DNA of 64,000 bases. Source: Blastocladiella emersonii ATCC 22665 (lineage: Eukaryota; Fungi; Blastocladiomycota). The translations under genes and the position numbers were made by a program. Location: contig JANHCV010000003.1 in NCBI GenBank assembly GCA_025594325.1, forward strand, positions 496,001 to 560,000, read 5' to 3'. Shown here in pieces: positions 9,541-19,959 of the stretch (positions are counted from its first letter, which is position 1; every line of letters starts with the position of its first letter). The notes beneath the pieces are model-generated. The model was given only the letters and a program-made list of their open reading frames with translations, did not search any database and was not told the origin of the DNA.

Positions 9541-12269
9541 ATGGCCAGCATGCACATTGACGCGGCCGCGGCCAACCACTTTATCGCCGGTCCCGCGACG
9601 CCGGGCAGCGGCAGCCTCGGCAGCGCCGGCGCCGGCGCCGGGTCGCCCGCGCTGACGCTCGACACGGTGCGGTCGTGGTCGGCGTTCCAGGTCGCCGACT
9701 GGCTCGAGCGCAACCTGATGGGCAAGTATGCCCGCAACTTCATCGGTACTGCGGGCTCGCACCATTTCCCATCAACCCCCCCCCCCCGCGCGCGCTGACG
9801 CCCGCCAGCCGTCTAGACAACGAGATCATCGGCGACGTGCTGCTGGAGCTGACGCAGCAGCACCTGCGCGACCTGCAGATCGCGACCGTCGGCGACCGCG
9901 TGCGCATCGAGCGCCTGATCATCAACCTGCGCCGCGCCGTACTGCCCTCGGCCGCGTACCCGTTGCCGACGCCGACCACGGCAAGCTCGCCGCCCGTCCC
10001 GCACACGCCGTCGCCGCCGCCGTACTCGGCCGCGGGCGGCCGCATGTCGCCCAAGTCGGGCATCGCGCTGGGCGGCGGCAGCGGCGCCGTCGCGCCCTCG
10101 TCCGCATCCCGCAAGAGCGCGAGCGGGAGCATCGCCAGTATGGAGATGAAAAAGTCGCGGTCCGAGGACGCCAGCGGGTACATGGGCCTGCGCCAGCAGC
10201 TCGCCGCTGGCGACACGTCGCCCGACGGAATCGGCAGCGCGCCGAAACTCAAGAAGAGCGACAGCATCATGAATATGGACTACGTCAAGCAGAACTGCAT
10301 CAAGGTGACGGGCGAGAAGAACGAGACGCGCGTCGTGATGCTGCCGCCGTCGTGCACCGACGCCGCGTCCATCATGGAGCGCATCCTGACCAAGTTCAAC
10401 CTCCCCGACGACGCCGGCCGGTTCAGCATCTTCGTGATCGCCGGCGACTCGACGCGCGTCCTGACCGACGCCCAGCTCGTCGACATCTGCCGCGACCCGG
10501 CACGGCCCGAGCGCGAGAAGATGTTCCTGCGCAAGAAGCACACGCCCTTCACCTTCTCGAAAGCCGCCGCCGCCGCGGCCGCGGCATCGGAACCCACCAT
10601 CAAGCAGAAGATGGGCATGGTCGAGGACTACCTGACCACGCGCCCGCCCGTCGGCAAGTCGTCCGCCAGCAAGCTCAACAAGTTCTTTGGCGAGCGCCCG
10701 CCCTCGGAACTCATCTCGTCCAACCTGCTCGATTTCTTCCCGAAAGACGGCGTCCTCAAGATCGAGCGCCGCAAGTCGCGCAGCGCCAACTCGAATTCTG
10801 GGGGAAGCGGCCCGCGCAAGACGTCAGGCCAGTCCAACCTCTCGCACGTCTCCTCCGTGTCCTCTGAAGACCCGCGCGACGACGCCAACTCGCGCCTGTC
10901 GGCCGCCACCAACGACGAGGACTACCAGTCGACGGTCGCGTCGGACCTGCACTCGGACGACGGGTCCCCGCCACCCGGCCCCGGGCCCGACACGCTGTCG
11001 TCGCCGCGCAGCACCGCGGGCAACCGCGGCTCGCTCAACCGGCAGCGCCCGCCACCGCTCAACCTCACGCCCGTGTCCACGACCGCCGAGATCGCGAGCG
11101 CCGACGCGCGGAGCAGTCCCGGCGCCGGGCTCCCGTCGCCCGGTTTCGCCGCGCCCCTGTCGCGCACGGGCTCGCCCGCGGCGCTGTCGCCGACCACCTC
11201 GGAACCGCTGACGCCCGTCTCCCCAACCACCATGGACACGGACGGCGACGGCCCGCCGACCAAGTGGCTGCGCGGTGCGCTGATCGGGCAGGGCTCGTTC
11301 GGGTCCGTGTACATGGGCCTGCACGGTCTGACGGGGATGCTGATGGCGGTGAAGCAGGTGGAGCTGCCCGCGGACGGCGTGGGCGGGGCCGAGGTCGCCG
11401 AGCGGAAAGTGCGCATGGTCGAGGCGCTGCAGCACGAGATCTCGTTCCTCAAGGAGATCCGGCACACGCACATCGTGCGGTACCTCGGCTCGCGGATCGA
11501 GGGCAGCTACTTCAACATCTTCCTCGAGTACGTGCCCGGCGGGTCGATCCACGGCCTCCTCCAGCAGTGGAACGCGCTCCCGGAACCCATTGTCCAGGCG
11601 TACCTGCGCCAGGTCCTCCTCGGGCTCGCGTACCTCCACGAGCGCGAGATCATTCACCGCGATATCAAGGCCGCGAATATCCTCGTCGACAATAACGGGT
11701 GCGTCAAGATCTCGGATTTCGGCATCTCGAAGCGCGTCGGGCCAGAGGGACTCGTGTCGGTCGTCGGCGGGCTCAAGGCCGACGCCGCCGAGGCCGACGA
11801 GACCGGCGCGGGCGCAGGCGCAGCCAACAAGGCGTCGGTCGGCCTGTCGCTCCAGGGCTCCGTGTACTGGATGTCGCCCGAGGTTGTCAAGCACATGCGG
11901 TACACGCGCAAGTCCGACGTCTGGTCGGTCGGGTGCCTCGTCATCGAAATGTGCACCGCGTCGCACCCGTGGCCCAACGCGAGCCAGGTCGAGGCCATCT
12001 TCAAGGTCCGTTTCTTGTGCTGAGCGCGTGGTGGGTCGCGGAGACTGACGTCGTACGTGTAGATTGGGTCCGACATGCTCCCCGAGATCCCGGACAACAT
12101 CTCGGACGAGGCCAAGGACTTTTTGGACCTCACGTTCAAGCCGTACGTTCTCTCACTCGTCATCGCGATGGCCATCGTCGCTGACACCGCGCGCGTGTGT
12201 AGAAACTACCTCGACCGGCCATCCGCCGATGCGCTGTTACGGCACGAGTTCCTGGCCAAGGCGAGCTGA
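9541..12269 (+). CDS. STE11: MAPKKK Ste11/Byr2 type: SAM + Ras-association + kinase (846 aa, 4 exons)
   Basis: Exons 9541-9745, 9817-12005, 12063-12142 and 12203-12269. SAM: WSAFQVADWLE..DNEIIGDVLLEL..GDRVRI. RA-like region around MERILTKF. Kinase motifs: IGQGSFGSV, MAVKQVEL, HRDIKAANIL, KISDFG, GSVYWMSPE. Confidence 0.93.
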
Positions 12270-12414
12270 CCTCCGCCTGCTGCCTCGCACCCTGTACACA
12301 TCTCACTCACGCTATATATCACCATTCCCTCACTACGACGACGTGTGTGGAGCAATCAAGTACCTTATCGATGAAAGAGAAAACAAATCAAAACAACAAC
12401 CCACCTTCACCCTC

Positions 12415-15400
12415 CTACTGCGCCGCACTGAGCCCGCCGGCCGCGACCTCGAACGTCCACTTGCCCTCCTCGGCATCGTAGTCGACGAACTTGACGCCGG
12501 GGACTGCCTGGAGCCGCTGGATGTACGCGTGGATCCGCGGCGAGTCCGGGTCCTTGATGGGCTTCGTCGCCCCGTTCCCGCCAGCGACCTTGGACCGCGG
12601 CCACCGGTTGTACAGCACGACGCGCGCGCAGACGTTGAGCCCCTGGCCCGCGGCCTTGCCTCCCGGCCCCGCTCCCAGGGCGCCGGGGTAGATGGTCACG
12701 GCGCCCTCGACGATCTTGATGTACTTGCCGCACAGCTCCGACAGCGGGATGGCGCGCAGGTCGACGGGCTCGAGGAACTCGATGCGCCCGTGGTCCGGGT
12801 GCTCGACCGTCAGGTGCGCGACTTTCGCGAGCTGCGCGGGCGTCTGCTTGCCGAGCGCGCCGAGCGACGGCGTCACGGTGTACGGCGCGAGCGGCGCGTT
12901 GGCGGGCGGAGGGAGCTTGGGGCCCTCGGCGACGGACGCCGAGTGCGGGCGAGCGGGCTTGGACGGGGTCTCGAACGACGACGCGCCGCCCGACGGCGTG
13001 CTGGCGGCCGAGTCAGTCGTAGCAAGCTCGTTGACGAGGCCGCGGGCGAGCGACGAGGTGGCACGAGGACGCGCAGTGTCGGCGGTCGCGGGAGCCGAAG
13101 CCGCGGCGGCGGTCGGCGGCACGTACGCGCGGATGTCGAGCTTCTTGACCGACGAGCGCGGGGTGAACGAGGTCGGGGGCAGGACGGCGATCCCGGCCTT
13201 GGTGGTGGTGGTCGACGCGGGCGTCGCGAACGCGGGCGTCGTCCCATTCGCCGCGCCACCGCCGCCGTTGACGGCAAGCGACGACTTGGCGAACGACGAG
13301 GTGGCGTGGAACCCGGACATGCGGAGCTTGGCGCGGGTGACGGACGCGGGCGAGATCTTGGAGAGGGTCGACTCGAGGACGGGCTTGGACGCCGCGCCGT
13401 TACCGCCGGTCGTGGTAGTCGCGACGGCCGAACCCGACGCGCTGCGGCGCGCGCCCGTGATGCTGGCGCCGAGCGGGTGGCTGTCGACCGTCTTGATGAT
13501 GGGCTCGGGCACCTCGTCGAACAGCGGCGTCGCGCCCCACGGCTTGTGGTCAATCGTCGCGGTCACCATGGACACGGGCACGGGCCCGCCGACCTGGATG
13601 TACCCGGGCGGCGGGACACCAGACATGCCGAAACCGCCACCCATGGTCGACTGCATCATGGCCGGCTGCTGCTGCTGCTGCTGCATCCCCATCCCCATGC
13701 CGATCCCGCCAAACTGCTGCTGCGGCTGCTGCTGCATCTGCTGCTGCGCGGGCTGCATGCCCTGCTGCTGCATCCCGCCGAACCCGCCGAGCGACGTCGC
13801 GGGCGCACCGGCGCCGGCACCGAACCCGCCGCCGATCCCCGAGAACATGGACCCGGCGGGCGCCGGCTGGGACGTCTGCTGCTGCGCGCCGAACGCGGGC
13901 GCGCCGGCGGCGCCGCCGAACCCGGTGTTGAGCGTGGTCGCGGGCTTGGCGCCGGCGCCAAAGAACCCGCCGGTCGCGGGCGCCGCGGCCGACGTCTGCT
14001 GCGCGCCGAACCCGCCGCCAAACGCGCCAGTCGCGGGCGCCGCCTGCGAGGTCTGCGCGCCGAACGTGCCGAACGCGCCCGCCGCGGGCTGCTGGCCGGG
14101 CTGCTGCTGCTGGCCGAACCCGCCCGTGAGCCCGCCGCCGAGCGCCGGCGTGGTGGCGCCAAAGCCCGGGGCCGACGCCGTGCGCGCCGCGGCCGTGTTG
14201 CCGAACGCGCCGAACTCGGCCGGCTTGGCGGCGCCAAACGTGCCAAACGCGCCGGTCGCAGGCTGCTGGCCGGGCTGCTGCTGCTGCTGGGCACCGAAAG
14301 CGCCGAACGCGCCGGCAGCGGGCTGCTGCTGCTGCTGGGGCTGGCCGAACGTGTTGCCAAAGGCCGGCGTCGCGCCGGTCCCGAACCCGGCTGGCTTGGC
14401 ACCGAACATGCCGCCGGCGGCAGCGGGCTGCTGCTGCTGCTGCGCGCCGAACGCACCGAAGCCGCCCGCCGCGGGCTGCTGCTGCTGGGCCTGCTGGCCG
14501 CCGAGGGCGCCGAACGCGCCGAACGCGCCGGTGGCCGGCTGCGGCTGCTGCGGCTGGCCAAACCCGCCGGCGCCCTGGCCGAACGCGCCGCCGGGCGCGG
14601 CCGCATTGGCACCGAACCCGCCGGCCGCCGCGCCACCGCCGAACGCGGGCGCGGCACCGGCCGCATTGGCACCGAATCCACCGGCGCCCGCGCCAAAGGT
14701 ACCCGCGGGCTTCGCGCCGAACGGGTTAGCGCCCGCGCCGAACGCACCCGCCCCGGCCGCGCCAGCGCCGAACGCGCCGGCGGCCGGCTGCTGCTGCTGC
14801 TGCTGGCCGAACGCGCCGCCGAACGTGGGGTTCTGGCCCGCACCAGCGTTCGCGCCGGCACCAAAGGCACCACCGGTGGCGCCCATACCGAACGCGGGGG
14901 TCGCGCCGCCGCCGAGCCCGGTACCGGGGGCCTTCTTGTTCATGGCGTAGTCCTGGAGGCGCAGCTCGTCGGCCGAGTAGTTGGAGTACTGGGGCATGGC
15001 GCAGACGCTGAGGTAGTTGCCGACGTCGGCGCCGACGTTCTCGCGGGTCGGCTGGTACGGCGGGTTGCCCGTGCCCTGGTTGGGCGGCGGGTTGCCGCCG
15101 CCGGCGAGCCCGCCGCCGAAGGCGCCGCCCGTCGCGGCCGCGCCGAACGCCGAGGTCGTGCCGGCGCCTAGCGCGGGGGAGAGGTGGCGGAGCGTGGGTT
15201 GTGGTTGGTGCGGTTGCGGTTGGAGTTGAGCGCGGAGACGAACGAGTTGCGATTGCAGTTGTTGTTGTTGTTGGAGTTGCGAGGCCGGAGCGTGAGTTGC
15301 TGTGGTCGCGAGACGGAGAGAGACGGAAGAGGGGAGGATATACGGGAAACGTATCGAGATGGCGCGCACACAAGGTTGGTCCGGTCCGATCTCAGTACGG

Positions 15401-15889
15401 CGGCCGCAAGGCCAGCAAGGGGAAGAGGGAAGAAGAGGATCAAACGAAGGAGAGCGTACCGAGACCGCCCGCGCCGCCAAACGCCGACTGGCCCGGCTGT
15501 GCGCCGAATGCGCCAGCGCCCGTACCGAACGCGCCGGTGCCCGCCGTCGAGGCGCCGAACCCGCCGCCGCCGCCGATCGTCGACGCGCCAAAGCCCGCGG
15601 GGGCGTTGGTCGAGGCGCCGAACGTGGCCGTCGACGCGCCGAACGTGGGCGCCGCCGCCGCACCGAACCCGCCGGCCGCGGGCTGCTGCGCTGCTGCGCC
15701 GAACATGTTGCCGCCGGCCGCGGGAGCCGCGCCGAAGGCCGTGGCCTGGCCCGCGGGACGTTGCGCGCCGAATGCGCCTACCGAGATCGGGGCGTGAGTG
15801 CGAAGGTGCGGGAGGACATTGCCGGACAAGGTACCGAAACCGCCGCCGTTGGGCTGGTTAGCACCGGCACCGAATCCGGCGTTGAACAT
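12415..15889 (-). CDS. NUP98: FG-nucleoporin of the Nup98/Nup116/Nup145N family (about 1041 aa, 3 exons)
   Basis: Exons 15889-15835, 15777-15460 and 15167-12415. It has extensive GAFG/GGFG repeats, a GLEBS motif (GTGNPPYQPT..SVCAMPQYSNYSADELRLQDY) and the C-terminal autoproteolytic-domain fold (HGRIEFLEPVDL..YP..GLN..FVDYDAEEGKWTFEV). Confidence 0.92.
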
Positions 15890-16274
15890 GGTGGCAGTGG
15901 TGGTGCTGGTGCAACTGCGTCAGGCCGATGGGGAGGAGCGTCGCTACGTTGTCGGTAGGGGGAAGCGCGAGTATTTCACTCAAGTCGCGACTCGGAGGGC
16001 AGCGCGCGTGCACGATGCAGGCAGTGCCGAGTGCGGACAGATGCGTGGAGTACTGGGTCGAGTCGAGTCGACCGGGCCGTACGCAGAGTCCGTCGTGGCA
16101 GCGGTCCGCCGCGGTGAGATGCGAGTCTGCGCAGGCCGAAGAGGTGCCACCTCTCAAGGGTAAAATACGTCAGGTGGGTCCACGTGACGCGGGCTCGTCG
16201 CTCATCTCTCTTCTCCGCCCCTCTCCTCTCGCCCTCCCTCTCCCCTCCCCATCACCCCTTGCAATGCATCAGCC

Positions 16275-16815
16275 ATGAAACCCACCGCGCGGCGCTCCCG
16301 CGGCCCACCACCCCGCCTCGCTCCAGTCCACCACCCGCTACTCCTCGCGTCGCTGTCGAGCCCGCTCGAGGACACGCGCCACGCGCTGCAGCTGCAGGGC
16401 GCCGCGCGCGCCGGGCTGCCGCTCGACGGGTCGGGATGGACGCACGACGTCGTTGCGGCGCTGTCGCCCGATCCCGCGACGGAGGACGAGGAGGAGGCCA
16501 AGGTCGATGAAGCCGTGCTGCTCGCGTCGCTGTTCGGCCCGCTCGGCCCTCGGGGCACCGTCGCGGCGCTCGGGGTCGGGATGGCGGTGTTTGTGTACTG
16601 CGCTGTTGTGTCCAAGGTGCTCCCGCCGACGGGGTACTGGGTACGGACGCCCGCGCACCCCATCGTACCCGTCGCCGCTCACACCGAGTGTACAGCTCCT
16701 CGACGCCGTCCGCGACGACCGCTACTACTGCTACCTGGTCCCGCTCATCGTGCCCGTCACCGTCTACCACGTCATCTGGAACTGGTTCGGCATCAAGCTC
16801 TTCAAGCACAACTAG
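16275..16815 (+). CDS. PIGY: GPI-GlcNAc transferase subunit of the PIG-Y family (161 aa, 2 exons)
   Basis: Exons 16275-16640 and 16696-16815. The splice gives VSKVLPPTGYW|LLDAVRDDRYYCYLVPLIVPV..WNWFGIKLFKHN, the characteristic fungal PIG-Y-family C-terminus. Two TM helices. Confidence 0.8.
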
Positions 16816-16907
16816 CTTTCTTTGGGAGAAGTAGAGGAAAAAACATATATCGATGCAGATGAGATGATAGAGAAACACGTTGCGAGAACAAAAACCGACC
16901 CGAGAAC

Positions 16908-19337
16908 TCAGTCGCGGATCCGCCACGTCGACACCCACGACCGCGTCGCGGCCCAGTCGCCCGCGGGCGAGTCGAGCCCGAACGTCATGTCCGCAAAGTG
17001 CACGAACACGGCCGTGACGGTCGCGAGCACCGCCATCCACGCGGCCGCGCGGAGGACCAGGGGCAGGCGGCCGAACACGAGGTCGAGCACGTACGCGGCG
17101 AGGAGCACCGTGAAGTAGAGCGCGGGGAAGTAGTGGTGCAGGTACATGACGCGGCCCATGATGCCGAACGGCGCGAAATGGAGGACCCACCCGAGGATCA
17201 GCCACTTGCCGACGAAGATGAAGTGCGTCCACGCGGGCGCGCCGATCTGCCACGCGCGCAGGGAGATCTTGCGCTGGAACAGCACGTGCGAGAGCGCCCA
17301 GATGGCCGCGTACGCGACGAGCGACGCGGCGGCCGACCACCACACGACCGGGTTGCCGAGCATGTAGAACTTGATGTCCGAATCGCCCCACGAGCACATG
17401 CGGATCCCGACCTGCATCAGCGGCCACTCGGACGGCTGCGACGTGAGCTGGTCGGGCTCCTTGTCCGGGTCGGGCACCAGCGCGTTGTTGCTGGTCCACA
17501 TGGCCACGTTGAGGTGCAGGAAATCCTTGAAAAAGCTCGACTTGAAGTGCGACCCGTCCGCGATCGGCAAGCGGTCGTTCCAGTGGTTCTCGACGTTCCA
17601 CATGTTGTACACGTCGTGGTCGCGGTCCTTGCGCTTGTCGCACACCACCTCGGCCTGCTTGAACCCCCACTGCGGCAGGTTGACGTTGTGGCTGCGCAGC
17701 AGGCACCCCGAGTTCTTGTGGCGCAGCCGCATCCGCGTCGTCAGCGTGTGCACCGTGTTGACGGACGCCCCGCGCCCGCGCTTGAGGTCGTCGACGATCT
17801 CGACCGTCCAGTAGTCGTTGCTGTCGCCGACCGTCGAGTTGCCGTAGCACGACACCTCGTTCATGGTCTTGGTGACGGGGCCCGCGACCGGGTGCGAGTG
17901 GAGGTTGCGGCCCGTCGACTTGTGCACGAGACGCACCGTGTCGCCGTGCTTGAGGTTCTGGAGCGGGCGGTCGGCCTCCTCGGTCTGCCCGTCGGCGAGC
18001 GGCGGGAGCGCGTCCTGGTCCTCGCGGGTGCGGAACAGCTCCCAGTCGTTGTTGCTGTCCTTGTGGTGGTAGCACGTTACCTGCTGCTGCTTGGAGCCGT
18101 GCGGGTACGTCTGGACGTGCGAGTGCAGCAGGCCGCCGCCGTACCCGACGTTCTTGAGCGTGAATCGCGACCCGTACATGACCTCGAGCGGCGACTTCTG
18201 GATGTCGGTGCCGACCAGGTTCGACTGGAACAGCGAGCTCATCTGCGCGTCGCCCGGGCCCGACTTGACGAGCACGCCAAAGTGGATCGCAAACGACGCA
18301 ATGTAGATGGCGATGGGCACCAGGATCAGGCACACGACGCGCGCGGCCCAGTGCTTGGCGTAGGTGGCGACGGGCATGCGCACGTCCCCGAACAGGTCCC
18401 ACAGGTTCTCGATGGTGTAGAGGCCGACGAGCGCGACGATGAAGAAGCCGACCCACTTGACCGACGACACGAGGCCGAGGGCGGCGCCCGTGCAGAACAG
18501 CCACAGCCACCACGACGCGGAGAAGGGGCGCGACTGCTGGTTGGTGAACTTGACAAAGCAGTACATGGCGAGGACCGTGAAGAAGAGCAGCATCGAGTCG
18601 AGCAGGATGAACCGCGAGATGACCGTGTACGCGTTGTCGAACAGGATCATGGTCCCCGCGGCGAGCGCCGCCCACCGCGTCATCTTGAACTCGCGCGCCG
18701 TCAGGTACGCAAAGGGGACCATGAGCGCGCCCCACAGCGCGCAGAAGGCGCGCATCGCCGTGTAGTTGACCTCGGCCGGGTACTCCTTGCCCGACTCGAA
18801 GTCGAACGACCCGTCGTACCCCGCGAACAGACCGGCAACACCGATCAGGAACTTGCCGAGCGGCGGGTGCACGTCAAAGTAGAAGTCGCGCTTGATGTAG
18901 TGCGAGCCGAACTTGCTACACGTTTGGTAGTGGGTCTCGTTAGCGGTGGTTCGTGGGGAGCGCGCGTGAGACCCGCTCGTACCCGAAGTGCGCCTCGTCC
19001 CAGCTACACACAGATCGGACGCGAGTAAGGGAGAGGTTAGTCCGAGCTACGAAGTAGCCAGCCGCCCCAGAGAAACGCACACGACGCGGTTCGACCAGCC
19101 GAGCTTGTAGAAGCGGGTGAAGAAGGCGAGCGCCGTGAGCGTGGCGATCAGCGCGTAGTCGACGGTGGTGAGGCGCGGGGACGTGGACGCGGGCTCGTCA
19201 TCGCCGGCGCCGAGCTTGAAGTGGACCGACGACTTGTCCTTGCCCGAGTCGTTGTCGAGCAGCGGCGCGTCGGCGCCCTCGCCGTCGGCCGGCTTCTTGG
19301 TGGGCCGCTGGCGCAGCTCGTTGAGGCCCTGCGACAT
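16908..19337 (-). CDS. PMT2: Dolichyl-phosphate-mannose:protein O-mannosyltransferase, PMT2 subfamily (761 aa, 3 exons)
   Basis: Exons 19337-19081, 19003-18983 (21 nt, carrying VWDEAHFG) and 18915-16908. Motifs: FYFDVHPPLGK, SRFILLDSML, MIR domains (LHSH x3), NNALVPDPDK, LGNP, YLHHYFPALYF. Confidence 0.93.
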
Positions 19338-19959
19338 GGCGGCGGCGGTAGCGTGTGATACAGAGCAGTCGCGGGTGTGGGCTTCCGGGGAGCGTTAGCG
19401 GGAGGGGGAGGCGCGGCGCGGAAGGCGTGGGCGTCGGCGGCCGGCGGCGCACGCGTTGCGTCCTGCGCGCCGCAGCCGCGGATCAGCGCCGCCGCCACAT
19501 CCTGCGATGGGCGTGGCAGGGACCGCGCGTGCCCGCACCCGACGCGTCTCGCACCGCGTCTCCCGCCTCCCACGCGCTTTTTTCGTCCCACCGAATGTCG
19601 CGCGCGCTGTCTCTATCAGCACGCACAGACGCGCGCCCGCCCGAGGCGCAGCCACCCTCGCCCCACCCTCCCGCGCCGGATCCGGAGCATACCTACCTGC
19701 CGCGCGCGCGCAACCCACCCTCGCGCAGTGCAACGTCATCAACACACACACTTGCAGCTAACGAGCCAGATCGTGGGACACATTGACGTCCGATCCGACT
19801 CGGCGACCTGCACACGACACCCTGAGCAGGCCCGCGCCTGCCTGCCATGATCGGGTCCCTGCAACCGACTACTACCTGAGAGAACGAGGTACTCTGACCG
19901 CTGCTCCCGATCCCCGCGCGCTTGCCGAGTGCTGATCGCGCCCGCTGCGTCCAGAAACC

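Noticed and set aside
12064-15171. 1035-aa plus-strand ORF (and 12692-14950) antisense to Nup98
   Set aside because: This is a shadow ORF: high GC and GC3 bias on the real gene remove stops from antisense frames. It has no domain motifs.
7479-19337. Functional cluster of cell-surface glycosylation genes (GPI-anchored deacetylase, PIG-Y, PMT2); also two nucleoporins in one window
   Set aside because: The genes are interspersed with unrelated housekeeping genes (STE11, NUP98) and share no visible promoter motif. Chance adjacency is sufficient.
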